Below, one piece after another: positions 13,640 to 27,423 of a DNA stretch of 64,000 bases; within the stretch, counting starts at the first letter, position 1, and each line of letters opens with the position of its first letter. The stretch spans positions 67,148,001 to 67,212,000 of the forward strand of contig CM052816.1 in NCBI GenBank assembly GCA_028534125.1. The letters are read 5' to 3'. Source of the stretch: Lama glama. Its lineage: Eukaryota. The translations under genes and the position numbers were made by a program. The notes under the pieces are model-generated. The model did no database searches. It saw only the letters and a program-made list of their open reading frames with translations, and was not told where the DNA came from.

Positions 13640-13945
13640 GGTAGGAGACCAGTGGTGTGGAGCAAGTATGGGCAACAGATTCAATGGTGTGGTCAAGAGA
13701 GCCCAGCAAAAATGTGGAGAGAGCCCAGCAACAATGGTGTCGACAGCAGCCAAGAAGATCCTAACACATGGGATCCTACCACAACTTCTTGGCTTGGTTT
13801 TGACTCTGTGGTTCAGGCCCAACTTGGATTCTCCGAAGTCCTTATCAATTATTTGATCCACCCTAAATTCTTGCAGTAAAATTCGATTCTGCTTAATCAG
13901 AGTGGGTTCCTATTTTTCATAATCCAAAGTTTAAATTGACACAGC
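13640..13945 (+). mobile_element. Old ERVL-class LTR remnant (LTR16/LTR33-like 3' end)
   Basis: gtaaaattcgattctgcttaatcagagtgggttcctattttt...ttgacaca resembles ERVL LTR 3' ends. Confidence 0.4.
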
Positions 13946-15175
13946 CTGAGATCAATTATTAGTGATCACTCTATAGCATCAAGAAATTAATATACAAATG
14001 CATATATACACATACATACACACATATTTATGACAGATCGTTATTATTTCACCTTTAAAATAACTGACATTAAAAGGAGTGGTTAATACCAGATGCAAGG
14101 GTAAAATTTATGGCAGAAATGTAACCTTCTACAGATAAACCCTTCCCAAACATTGCCCTTTGTTACTAAAACTATAATCTATCTAGCAATTAATAAGAAT
14201 TTATTATTATTTAATACGATGCTAAGTATTCTAAATAATCATTTGTTCTTGACCACACAGCTAACCTGCAAATCAACCAGCCCTAATGCCTGTCTTACAA
14301 CTAGACTTTCTATGTAGGATAATACATTTAAAGTAGTTTGAGTTTGACTTTCTGCTATCTGCATTCAAAACCACCTTAGTAAATATACTGCATTTCAACT
14401 ATCAATAAATAATAGGTGAGTAAAAGAAACTTCTCTTACTTAAGAATGAGGGACTATAAATCATACCACATATAAAATTATAGGAAAGTCAGATCTGCAC
14501 ACTGCATTCAACTGTCCAAAGGCTCTAAATTCGGTATATGTCCACACATCTCTTATTATTTTTCACCTTCTTTTAGGGATAGTCAACTATACAGTATACA
14601 AAGTTCCACTGCAACAAGCAAAGCACCGGCTAGAATTTTTATGGTGCTATCATTGAGCTTCACATTTTGAAATGTACTCTTATCGTGCCCTGAAGCTTTG
14701 TTATTTTCCCATTGTGTTGGTGATATCCCAACTGAATACTTAATCTGCTCATTATTCAGTTTAAACTGATTGGAGAGAAAACCCTACATTACCTCTGTTT
14801 TTATAGTCTGTGCTGTTATTTGAGTTTTCTGTCCAGGTCAGTATGAAGCAGTCACAGATTATAATGCTGAGTTTTCGTAATACTGTTTGTAGTGTCCACG
14901 TATTTTCAAGGAGGCAGAATTTGTCCAAGAAATCTGGCTTCATCCTAAAATTTGATATGCCCAGCTTTAGAACCAAGCAATAATTTTGGAAAAATGGGAT
15001 GTTGTCTATAAGTTGAAATGAGCACGGAGCTAAAATATTAACATTTTTATGGTACTTGATGCTCCTATAAATTTGAAATGGCTCTTCTATTTAACTCTGT
15101 ATATAACTGGAAAATTACATTCACAGGTTATGCCTTAATTTTTTTTAGTTTTTAAAATTGTTTTATAGCAGGTCT

Positions 15176-15186
15176 ATGAGTCAGCA
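15176..15186 (+). promoter_or_regulatory. NF-E2/NRF2-type ARE motif
   Basis: Exact ATGAGTCAGCA; motif only, no functional evidence. Confidence 0.25.
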
Positions 15187-18100
15187 TACACTGTACCACA
15201 GACAATTCAAATTCAGAAACCAAATCTCCACAGTTTAAAGAAGCAAACTACTTAAAGCAAGTTGAAAATTCTTTAAATGATTCAAAGTCTGTCCAAATGA
15301 AATCTTTTCCCTTCCCTCCACATTTTGGTTGTATCAAAATTATTCTTAACAACATGTTGCTATTTTTAAAAAGTAGAAAATGCATAATGTCCAATAGATA
15401 ACCAGCCTGATCACTAGTAAGCAACTATACAAGAATAAAAGAGGCTAAATTAATAATTTTAGAGAAAGATGGGGAAGGTAAACTATTAAGAAACCCATTC
15501 AATTTCTTAGAACTAAAGGTGATCTGGAGATTAAATTCCATTGGAGAGCTCTGAATAGGCCAGCAAAATGGACTATAAAACTATCATATCTGGGAAAAAT
15601 GAAACCTAATGGTCCCAGTCATCTAGATGTCAAGGTTTATAATTCAAAAAATAAGACAAGAAATGAGTGCATAATAAACTTCCTTACAAAAAAGGGAATT
15701 TCAAAAGAAGCAGTTATATTTTAAAAAATGAGTTTGGCAGCATGTTCTTCACAAAACAATCTGGAAAGAACAAAAGTTCCAATTATGCATTGAGGTTCAT
15801 TTTCTCTGAAGTAGCCTTTTTTTCTCCGAAGCAGGTCCTCTCCCCAGCACTGGGGCAACTGTTCTACAGAAGACATTTCTATTTCACAGCACAAAAGGCA
15901 ATTATATAAAATGCTTATTTTCCTCTTAAGAACCTCTCTCCCTCTTTCTTCTTGAAAGCGTCTTGAAGTCATTTTCCCCTCTCTCCTTCTTTCTCTTTTC
16001 TCCAGAAAGGAGAACTATAACCAGAAAAGTAGCATAATCAAGTATTTAATCTCTGGTAAGAATAAGATGGACCAAAACAAAATATGTGACTGAAAAGTGT
16101 GACAACTTGATCAGGAAATGTTAGAGTCTGAGCAATGCTACGGAGGAAAATGAGAAAACAGCAGCATATGTGTAGATTGCTAAGGTAAGAGCCCCCACAA
16201 TGAGAACTCTGGACTTCTGAATAGGTTTTAGACTTGTCACCTGTTCTTTCTCCTTTGGTCAACATATCAACAAGAAAAGCAGGTGTCTTGTTATTCTGCA
16301 ATCTCTACTATACATCTCTAATGGGGAACAGGTTAGTAGCAAAAGAAGGGAAGCAAGAGAAAGATTTACTGCAAAATTTACTGCAAAATTCTTCCAAATT
16401 AGATTTAATTGGTAACCCTTAGCCTGACAAATTATGCCCACCACCTCAACATTTCTCCCTCTAGCCTGGCCCAGGCAGGGGCCCTTCCAACCCACACATG
16501 TACTTTACATCCTTTTCCTGCTTGCCTGCAGGGCTTGGCTTATCCTATACCCTAATCTAGAATGCTGCTTCTCAAACTGAGCCCTATCCTACAGTTCCTT
16601 CAAGACTGGAAGCTAAACTTCTCTGTCTTAAGCAGCTCTCTCACTGATCTCACTTCAGCATGTAGATACCCTTTCCTCAAAATGATACCATGTCTCCAAC
16701 ATATTCAGCACAGTGTCTGGTCTCAAAGAATTAATTCTTATTATTATAACATTGCATTCCTTCAGAAGTTACACTGATGACTTTACTCTCCAACCTAGAA
16801 TATCATAAAGGTCAACTCAAAATTAAATATTTCAAGCAATCAATCTTCTCCTTTATCACTATAGTTCTTGTCTCAAAGTAATGTAGAATGTTCAAGTGAT
16901 AATGAATTGAGTTTGCAGGTTTATTTTTATGTTTTAAATAAGATGTTTAAGTGCCTTGTTTGCAAATTTTAAAATTAAAAATTTATGACTTCTTATCCAT
17001 TTGTTAAGTCAATTCTATCAGTAAGATAGTCCAATGATTGATTCATCTTCTAGAGCTACATTACTAAAAGATACACTAAATTATAAAATTGTGTCTGGTT
17101 GTGCTTATGGTTAAAGACTATAAGGAAAATGAGGGAGAAATAAATCAAATGCTCTGAGGATGTCTACCTGCTCTAAATCTCCACAGTTGAATCAGTTAAA
17201 TGTTTAATGCAACTGCCATCCCGTAGTGAAAGACCTTCATCATTTGACTTTCCATAAATGACAGATCATCTCTCCTTTCTATTGAGTCCGATTGTTTGCC
17301 TCAAGATCTAATGGTTTCTGACACACTTAACTTTCAGTCCTTGCTTCTCTTTGAATTTTGAAAACGTAATTAATTTTCCTTAACTTGATTCCATAGTGGA
17401 CAAGGTTATTTGAGGACATATTGAGAAACACATTCGGAGGCCCTTGTCTTCCTTAAAAAGGTTTTTTTCTCTCTTTCTCTTTCTCTTCCAAACTCTATTT
17501 TCCTGGAAGAAAGAGAACAACCTTTCAGCTGGCTCTCTATTATGTTGCTATTGATGAGGAAATCATACCTTCCCAGGCATAACAAAATAGGGCTGAGAAA
17601 TTGCTGGATTCATTACCAGATGATGGGAATGATGAATGAGATCAGAGTGCTCTCTGAAGCTGTACTGTCCCAGGTGTCTCACTGAAAGTTTGGGCATGGT
17701 ACAGTTCATGTATTAATAAAATGATTCCTACAAGACTGAAATATCAGTCTCACCTGCTGGACCTTCACTTAGGATGAGGATTGTATCTCTCTGAACATCC
17801 ATCCATCTGCTCTACTCTCTCAGTCCCTATCTTGACAAGTGACTACAGTTTACAGATAACTTTTCAGCAGATACCAACTAAGCACACATCTTATACTTAA
17901 TTTTTCTTTCAGCTGATGTTCTTCTCTTACATAATCTATATAGATAAACTACTGCTTTTCTTTTTTTCTCCCCACCCCATCTTTTTCTCCACACACACAT
18001 TCTGACTTATACAAATAACTTCCAATTTATGTATAATTTCTGTATCAAATATCCTAACTCATAAAAAATTTTCCAAGAACTCTGAACACAAATTATTACA

Positions 18101-18309
18101 AATAGGTTTGGATAGTCAGGGACAGACTTCAATGAATTGAGGCTTATCCCAAAGTTCCTCTCTATCCTGAAAAACTGACGCCCCTAGGATACAGCATAAA
18201 GGTAGTCTTAAAAAATAATCTTATAGCATATTTCAACCTTCTAATTACTATTTATAGGAGAAGACTGCTATATTCTTCTCCAATGATCTAATTTCATAGA
18301 ATTGCAGAA

Positions 18310-18482
18310 TCTTAGCTCTCAGGAGGGGGACCTTGAGCAAGGTTATCTACTCTGCCTTTCTCATCTCAGAGAAAAACTGTAATTGAGGTAAACTGACTTC
18401 TCAGGGTCAAACAGCTAATTAGTAGCAGATCTAGGACTAGAATTCAAGTCTTCTGACTCCAGCCCAATGTTCTTTGCACTAT
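18310..18482 (-). mobile_element. MIR SINE
   Basis: gaggtaaactgacttctcagggtcaaacagctaattagtagcagatctaggactagaattcaagtcttctgactcc is antisense MIR. Confidence 0.65.
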
Positions 18483-19329
18483 TTTGTTAAATTGACAATA
18501 TTCCAGTCAAAGGAGGAGCTGAGTAAAATAAATTAAATTCTGCTTATAAGTTCCTCCAAAACATAGCATCATCCCCGGGAAAGAGATATAAATCTCTAGG
18601 TATAAATAAACTTAAGTTGCAATTGCCAAAAATGCACAAATGTAAAACACTGCAGAGGCTATTCATCCATGTTGGGGGAAAAAGCAAAAATCTCAGAAAC
18701 TACCCATCATGGAAATCCCAAAGACATTAAGTTTCCCCTCTTCAGATGGATGTGTGTGAGATAATTACTGACAAATTGCCAAGGGCTCTGAAGCAGCTTG
18801 AGGTCAAGTATGACCCTGAAAACAAAGGCCTGAATAAATGCCTCATAAATATCTTGAAGAAGGGAAATGGTGGACATTTCCCACCTGGAAAAAGACAGAG
18901 AGTCGCTCAAGGATGTCATGTGGGCTGGTAAAACAAAATCTCCCCAAAGCCTTATTCTTAGAATAGAATCAAATTAAAACCATAATGTGTTTGCCCTGCC
19001 TTCTGGTCCCATGCCCCATCCAAAGACGTAGTAATTTGCACTCCACAGTCCTGCTGGGATAAGTCCTGTTAAGCTACTTCTTTGAAAAAGAAACAAAGCA
19101 TTCTCCTCACCAAGTGCTCAGAATCTTTCTTTAAGAACTTATTCTCCTCACTCCTCTCATCAGAGAACTAATTTCTGCCATTTCCCATCACAGATGACAG
19201 CCTGGAATTAGGAACAAATAGAATTCTAGAGTTTTTGACCACGTGTGATCTGGGAAGACATGAAACCCCACCAAGCTACTTTTGAAAACAAGGCAGTTGT
19301 CCCAGTTCATCTTTGAGGCCTACAATCAA

Positions 19330-19425
19330 TCCTTTCTCCCTTCCTTTCCCCCTTTCCTCTCTTCTTCTTTCCCCTGCTTCTTCCCCCTCCCCCTCTCCTC
19401 TCTTCTCTTTTTTTTTTTTTTTTGT
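19330..19425. repeat. Polypyrimidine low-complexity tract ending in poly(T)
   Basis: CT-only run followed by a T homopolymer. Confidence 0.85.
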
Positions 19426-19839
19426 TTTCATTTCTACCCCCTTCAGATTACAAGTGGCTCAGTCTATAACTTTGGACGGGGTATTTTCACAATTGTTTCC
19501 TTCTAGGAACAACAGAGTTAACAGAGAATGGTAACTTGAGCACTAGAATTCTTGGATTCAAAATGGGAAATAAAGAAAATTTACAGAAACCTAACAGGAA
19601 GGAACACTTTAAGAAACTTCGTAGATGAAACAATGCTCCTACTCCACCTCCTCTACCCTTTCCAACTCACGCACCTTCCCCCACCCCTACCCCCATTAGG
19701 GCCCACTGGGAAAAGTATTTCCTACTTTTGTGGGCCAAAACCCTCCTAAACACAGCTGTTGAGTGATACATCTCAGTACTTCCTTCTACCATGGAAAAAA
19801 TATGGATCTAGGAGTATTAAAACCAGTGTTCCTGCTCTT

Positions 19840-20190
19840 AAAAAAAAAAAAGGACACAAATGAACTTATTTACAAAACACACACAGACTCGGACATAGAA
19901 AACAAACTTATGGTTACCAGGGGGGAAGGGGGTGGGAAGGGATAAATTGGGAGTTCAAGATTTTCAGACACTAATGACTACATATAAAACAGATAAACAA
20001 CAAGGTCCTACTGTATAGCACAGAGAACTATATTCAATACCTTGTAATGGCCTATAATGAAAAAGAATATGAAAAGGAGTGTGTGTATATATAAATGTGT
20101 GTGTGTATATACATAAATGAATCACTGTTGTACACCAGAAATTAACACAACATTGTAAATCAACTATAAGTCAATAAGAATAAAATAAAA
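19840..20190 (+). mobile_element. 5'-truncated lineage-specific LINE-1 3' UTR with A-rich tail
   Basis: ggacacaaatgaacttatttacaaaac...ttatggttaccaggggg...actgtatagcacagagaactatattcaa...acattgtaaatcaacta, then aataagaataaaataaaa; homologous to 51345-51645. Confidence 0.9.
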
Positions 20191-22644
20191 TATCACTTTC
20201 ATAAAAAAGCTGAGGCACAACTGAAGTCTAGCAATAAAAAAAACAAAACAGTTTTTCGTATATACTGAGTAGAAATCAGTGTCGGACGTTCAGTGTCAGA
20301 ATTCTTATCGTCAGAATGTCTATAAAATATCCAGGCCTCCAGTGCACATACACATATATACACACCCTCTCTCACACACGCATACACATACACACCCCTT
20401 TGACTTTGAGCCAGGTTCCCAATTATTCTTCAACAGAACGTACTGCAGCCAGTAGCATTATAAAGCTATAAGAAAAGTGTGTCTGAGAAAATGGTAGCTA
20501 CAGTTCTTTAGCATCTATGCCATTTTTAGAACATGACGCTCTTCAGACTGACTTAGAGGATGCCATCAAGGTGACCCAAGTATCTTTTGTCAATCCCCAG
20601 AATTATTTTCCAGAATGAAAAAGAAACATCTTTACCCTCTTTTCCCACCTCACTTAGAAGTCTCCCTATGTGAATCCTAATCCCATCACATTGCAGTATG
20701 AGAGGAGGAAGGAACAAGTTTACTGAGACCCAATTCAGCAGTTAAGCTTTCCTGTAGCATATTTTTCATACTGTACAATATATATATATAAGGTTTTTTT
20801 GCTCTCACATTTCATTTGTGGAGTATGCAGTGTCTAAAAATCCATACATATGGGAAAGGCTCTTTTTCATCCCCTGGAAAACCAAGTGAGGAATTTTAAC
20901 ATATCCAGCTCTATTTCGGCAGAAGCACTGAGACAGAAAGGAAAAGCCCAGGGGTGGAAACAATAGGCCCTCCGACCATTCACACCTATATGGCTTTGAG
21001 TTGTCCCTTCTGAGTCACTACTAGATTTATGAGGCCTGCCACCCACAATCCCTCCTGAAGGAATATGCCCACTCACAGCTCCTGTGGTACAAATGATCAC
21101 ATTTGCATACACAACCCACAGTCAATTGGATTAGAAGTTGTGCCTTAAAAAATCTGGGGATCCATCCATAGGCTGGACTTTGATCTTTGACCTGTTAAGA
21201 AAAGATGACCTGAACCAATCAAATTCTGTTCTTGAGGATTCAGCACTGGGAAACCCAGAGTGGAGGCAGCTGGTAATAAGAGCAGGTGCTAAAGAGGGCA
21301 TGAGGACATGTCATGTGGCGGAAAGGAGCCAGAGAGAACACAAGGTGAGGCTGTGTGTCAGCTGATGTTTTCAGGGAGCAGAAACTACAAAGAAGCAGGG
21401 AAAGTGAAAGTCACCTGTTGACACAAGAGAAGAGAGGAGAAAGAGAGAGAGACTGAGACTCATTCCTTCTTTATCTAGCTTCCTCCTTCCTCTGCCTTTC
21501 CAGGTAAGCCTTCCAGGTAATGCCTCAACTCTTCCCTCCCACTTTGCCTCCCAGGCTCTATTTGCTTTCCCAAACAGACTTCAACTGGCATGGCTTTCCA
21601 TCCCCTCCAATCATGAGCAGTCCCTGTGCTGTGTTCCAGGCCCTGTGGGCCATCTGCCTTTCCAGATAAATGTCAAAGGGCAAAACTGAAATATGAAGTT
21701 TGATCTGGAGTAATGCAAAGCATAGACAGCAAGAGACAAACACCTAAGGAAGGAGCCAGTGCAAACTTTATAGGCTGAATACAATTTTGGCATAGCCATG
21801 GTTTTTGAAAACCATTTGCAGAGCTGAAATAGTTTTTCATGTATATAGCACTATTGTAAGTGTCCTTACTAGCCCTTTCCAGACTGAATCATTCTCACTG
21901 CATAACTTTCCCTCTTAAATCTGTTTGGAATTCTAATTATGGTCATCCTCCAAATTCAATTCTAGACCTCAGAATTTGGCAGAAATCAGCCTAATCTTTG
22001 GTTTCATACTGTGCTCTTCAATGACAAATTGAGAGAATGGAGAAAGAAATCTCAGGTCTCATAGCTCTAATATCTATAAGCTAAGATGTACTAATCATTA
22101 GCTTGGTGACTGGAAACAATGAAAATAGAAAAAAAAGATGTTTAATTTTAGGGTTTGTGTTCTAAAGGACAGTTTTGAGAGAAGCTCCTTCTTGGAGCAG
22201 GAGCTTAGGGAGATTGAGAATTTTTAATTATCTTTCCAGAATATATTAAATATGAATAAAATAAATTCTATTCATCCATAAAACTGTTACGTGAAAAGGA
22301 AGTCTCGGCAATGGAGTTCTGAAGGCCTAAGATAAGGCATTATGTACTCTAACATCTTATAAATATCATCTCCAAAATCTGTCACCCCCTCCCATGGGTG
22401 TGTGTACTCAACAAATCTGGTTGAGCTCAAAGATGAGGAAGATGAGGATTTACTATTTTGCACTTTAGACCAGGAACAAAACTCCTGAGTACTTAACTGG
22501 ATTAATCAACTGTTTGAACATGTTAACTAATCAGGTGAATGTATCAAACTGATCAAACCCAATGAACACGGAGCTATGTTGAAATATTCCCTGTTACAGG
22601 ATAAAAATGGACAAACCACAAGAGAAAAAAAAGAAGGTACTTAC

Positions 22645-22771
22645 TGAGGCCTTTGGAAGGGCTTTTGTACCTTGTATAAATCTCCAGGTTTACTGTCCAC
22701 TCAAATGTTGAAGAGCTTAGAGTGAGAACGTGCCTTCACACAAGGGATGGAAGCTTGCTCACTCCAGCCAG
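22645..22771 (-). other. Candidate non-coding exon (or 3' part of an alternative first exon)
   Basis: Minus strand: tttctctctgtacacgtcAG|ctggctgg...ggcctca|GTAAGT; stops in all three frames; repeat-free, relatively CpG-containing surroundings. Confidence 0.35.
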
Positions 22772-25109
22772 CTGACGTGTACAGAGAGAAATTCTGCACA
22801 GGCTGAGGCTAAAAGCGTTCAGAGAGCTGCACAGTCAGGCCTGGACAGAACTCCCAGGTGCGGCCAGGTCCCAAAAAGATGAAAGTCACATGTTTTCTAC
22901 TGGCAGCCATGTAACTTCTGACGGGAGGGTCTCGTTCTCACAATTCGAAACAGAGGTGAAGAACAGCTACAACTTTCACCTATGCTCAAACTTATGAAAA
23001 CCCAATCTTTTTATCTTTTTTTTTAATCTTAAAGAAAAAATATGTCTCAACTCCACCTCTGTATTCCAGAAGAGGTCAGACCACCTCTGAGTGAAAATAG
23101 GAATTGGCAACACAGAGGAGACATATTTCAGAAACTTGCTGTATATAAATGTCAAATCAAATTAGGCTCATCCTTTCCCCTTCACTGAACCATAATTCAG
23201 TGAGAGTTTATTATGCAAGTTCACTGGGAAGCACGGGTCTCTATATCGCTGCCAAACACCGAGTGCAACAATGCAGTCATGTTGTCCTAGTAGGAAAACA
23301 CTGTACCTCCAGGACAGGAACTAGAGCTGATATAAAAGTTTAATATGTTCGTATTGCTTAATACAGTGAAATCTTGAGAGAACACACAATAAATAACACT
23401 TGGAAGTGGCACTGTTCTGTGCCAAGTTAACCAGAAGGAAAATGTGTTCTGAGCTTAGCTATAAAATACTAGTCTTCCAATTAGTGTCTGCCTCTACATT
23501 TTGCAGTACACTTCGCTTCTGCTTGTTTTTGTTGCCTTTTGTTACATATTTTATGTTTGCTTCTTTTTTGTATTACCGTATGTATAACTCTTCAAAATTT
23601 ATTACCAGTCTTACTGCAAATGGTTCAATGTGTTCTTCACACTTAACAAAATATCTCAACTACTGGGATAAGGTGAGTGACTAAAGATTTTCTTGTTCAC
23701 ACAAACACAGCCGACTTAAAGGATTAATGCTTAAGCACCCTTAGACAACCAGTAAGTTAGCCGAACAATTTCCCAGGAGCGTAGAGACACTCTAAAAAAC
23801 TTAAACCATCTTACCACCTACAAAATGAACTCATTAACTTTATGAAATTGCAGTAAGGCCCACTCATGTTCCTTAAACGTAGCATTTATTCCAATCACTG
23901 CTTCTGGTAAATGCTGTTCAAACAATGCCTACACGGCAGAAGGGCTGAAAGTCTTCATTTTTAAACAAACATTAAAAGAGCCCCTTTGGAATACATAGTT
24001 CCAAACCCAAAACATTTTTTCCTGTTAGAATAGTAGCCACATACTTAAAGGAACTTAAGCTGAGTACAGTCGATATAACTCCTCTCCAAGTCATAAAGAA
24101 ACCACGGTCCAAACCTGTCGTCACTCTCTCATGATTTGAATCAAGCAATAGTCAAAGATGCTGCAAGGGCCACCCCCTGAGCTATTCCTGGAACACTGCA
24201 CAATCAGAGCATCTCCACGTGGTAGAGACTCAGATGTCACCTAGTCTCTCCATCCACCTTGCTGCATGGAGCCCTGTCCAATAAACCCAGCAGAGGGACA
24301 TCAAGACTGCTGAAGAATTCCAGGGATGACACACTCACTCGCCTTTTATTATCACCAGCCAACTCCTACTTGCAGAAAGGTCTTCTGTGTGTGCATGCTA
24401 TCTTAGATCTAGCAAACAATCTTTTCTATCTGTGCATTGTAATGCCAGGGACGTGGCAAAAGCCTTCTACCCTCTGGTTCTTCCAGCATTTTCCCACTCC
24501 CATTTACCCAGTTTGGGTTAGGCTGCCATGCTCCTGCCTCTCCTGGTTCTCTGAACCCCAGGTTTGGCTCACAGCTCCTGATTTTCACTTCAGCCCCAGC
24601 TTGCTCTGGCAACTATTTAGCTATGCTTCTCCCACATGCCTTAGCCCACTCACAGTCGTGACTTGTTACTTGCTCTCTGGCTCCACATAGCTATGAAACT
24701 ACCCATAAGAGGTTCTCCCACCTTCTGCTAGCTCCCTACTTCTTGTGCCCTAAGCAGCTTTCCCTCTAAAGATCTGGAATCAGATCATAAAGAGCTGAAC
24801 CTCCCTGAGACTTCTACTCCCATGACCCCATTCTGTACTTTGAGGTCAAACAGAACAAATAAGATGTGGTTACAAAACAGCAGTTCAGAGTTTGCCAAAA
24901 CAGGAACTGGAGGCTTCTGTGCGCTAGAATTAGAGTTCAGAGCCCACACAATATCTCAAGACCAGAGGCCCAAGCAGGAAAAAAATGGGACGAGATCCCA
25001 AGGTAGTGCTGCCTCTCCTATTGTGGGCACCCCTCCCTGGCCTCAGTCCTGGCCATCTCATCCAGCCCACTATGGCATCTGCTCCCTCGGTAATTCCTTC
25101 TTTCCTGTA

Positions 25110-25845
25110 TCTTGGCCTCTCTGTAACAATCATGCTTGACCCCCTCCTTCCTTCAGACCTCATGTAGATTCCACCAGCCAGACATGTCAACTTACTTTTG
25201 AAGTGTTATTTTTAAATCTTTTCCTTTCCAACTTTGCTGCTACTGCCTTGATCCAGCCTCCCATCACTTCACACTTTCCTTCCTGTCTCTAGCTTGTTAG
25301 TCTCAAAACCATGTAGCCAGAAAGAGTCTGCTATGCTGCAAAATTACCCACATCCTTTCCCATTCATCCCTTTCAGCGGTTCCCCTGACCTCAGGCAGAG
25401 TTTCCAGCCTTCTTTAGGGGTAAGAGATTTAGAAAAGACTCCCAGGAGTAGGTGACATCCAAGTAGAGTTTTGGAGAATGAAGAGGAAGTATTGAAGTCA
25501 AGAGTAGGGAGGTGGGTGAAGGACATTCTAGGGAGAAAGGACAGCAAGAACAAAGGCATGGGGTCTGCAAGGAGCACTAAACAACCTGGTTTTGTCTGGA
25601 GCAGGGAGTGAAAGGAAATGATGCCATGTGAGGTGGCAAGGTCCACTGGTGCCAGATCTGTGTCTTGATGCTGAAGAGCTTGGAGCCTCTCCCTAACAGT
25701 GTCATAATCCTGATCGTGACTGTCTATTTGGGTATCTTCGAACCTCTTGAGGAAAAGGCATATCTCATCTCTGAATCCTTGGAGCTGGTGCAGAGCCTGG
25801 CACACAGGAGCAATATATTAAAATGTTTCCTAAATAAATAGCTGA
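25110..25845. mobile_element. L2 LINE fragments in mixed orientation, ending in an L2 3' end
   Basis: cagagcctggcacacaggagcaatatattaaaatgtttcctaaataaata is the L2 3' end (+); 25410-25690 is purine-rich antisense L2-like. Confidence 0.55.
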
Positions 25846-26970
25846 ACACATTTTTAAAAGATAGAACATACTAATCAAACACATGAGAATAAATGATTTT
25901 ACAATCAATCAAGGGCAAAACAGAAAGTTTCCAGGTAAGTGCTACAATGACTCAACTGATGGTATTCTATGAACATGAAACCCTTATGGGAATGGTTTAG
26001 CAAAACCTGTAGTCAACAGCTTGGAGTTAATTAGATAATAGAAGGTGACTTTTACTGAATAGAGCATGTGTTACATGTAAGCCAGAGTACTAACAGAACA
26101 TAGGCCCCACAAAAATGCAAACTATACTGAGGAATCACTACTCTCCAAGCATAGAAATTAATAAACAAAGGTGAATCAGGACAGTAAAGTAACACTGTCT
26201 TCACTTGACTTATTGAGTAAGTCTTCATTCAGCCACAAGCAAGCAGGACCACTAGGAAAAAGAAGATAGGTCTCTATCGGCCCCTCAGTAGGGAAAAAAC
26301 ACCCTCCAGACCATGACTACTACCAGGGCTTCTGAGAAAACAGAGGAAGCTGAGCTCCTTGCACACCATTGAGTGTGACCTTAGATTTCAGCCTTGACCA
26401 CGTAACTAGAGTGGTTTAGGTACTGGGACGAGTACTAACCATCCGGCTTCTGCATTCATCATGTTTATCAACTTGGGTCAGGCAAGATAAGTAGAAACAA
26501 CATGACTAGAGAGGAGAAGAAGATACAATAGAAAAAGAAAATCAATCTACACGTAAACAATAGGGTTACCAATCATCTATTTAGCAACCTGAGAAAAACA
26601 TGAATTTGATCCTTCCCTTGCCTTTCCCCTCCCTTCTTTTACCTCTCCACCCTCTCTCTTTTTCTTTAATCTTTCTGTCTTTCCTTTTTTCATTGTTCTT
26701 GCACCTGTCCTCTCTTTTAAGATATGGAGAGCCTGAAAGAGAAAAAGTACATGATTCCATGGATTTGGGAGTCTTCATAGGTTTATTGTCTAAGTCTTGG
26801 AAACTTTCTCTGGCACATATACCCACACATGTACCTATAACCTCTGGTTCTTTCAACAACCATTACTTATAAAGGTCTAGAGTTCTGCCCCTAAATCATC
26901 CCTTATACCATAGGAGCTTCAACAGCTACCTTCCAAAGATCAATATGGACAATTACTTATACTTATGCTC

Positions 26971-27423
26971 TATAGTGGGTTGAATGGTGGGTGCCCCTAT
27001 GCCTGAAAAGGTATGTGTACCCAGAATCTGTGAATGTGAACTTATTTGGGAAAAAAGGTCTTTGTTGATGCAATTTAGTTAAGGACTTGAGATGAGATCT
27101 CCTGGTCACCCTAGTGGACACTAAATCCAATGACAAGTGCCCTTATAAGAGAAGGGGAAATGTCACACGGAGAAGTGGTGAAGAAAGAGGCAGAGATTGG
27201 CATGATGTGTCTACAAGTCAAGGAATGCCAGGGATGGCCCACAGCCACCAGATGTTGAGAGAGGGGCATGACATGGACTCTCCCTCAGAGCCTCCAGAAG
27301 GAACCAAGCCTGCTGGCACCTTCATTTTAGACTTCTGGCCACCAGAACTGTGAGAATAAACTGGTTGTCTTGAACCACCTGATTTATGGTCATTTGTTAC
27401 AGTAGTCGCAGGAAACTAATACA
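26971..27423 (+). mobile_element. MLT1 (MaLR) solo LTR, MLT1B/C-like
   Basis: Starts tatagtgggttgaatggtgg, has ctccctcagagcctccagaaggaaccaagcctgctggcaccttcattttagacttctggcc, ends ggaaactaataca. Confidence 0.85.

Noticed and set aside
18746..18931. Acceptor-preceded ORF MDVCEIITDKLPRALKQLEVKY...
   Set aside because: Protein-like composition but not recognised; weak donor and no partner exons on the plus strand.
24259..25805. 143-aa and 153-aa ORFs
   Set aside because: Non-ATG starts, no domain similarity; the latter lies in L2 remnants.
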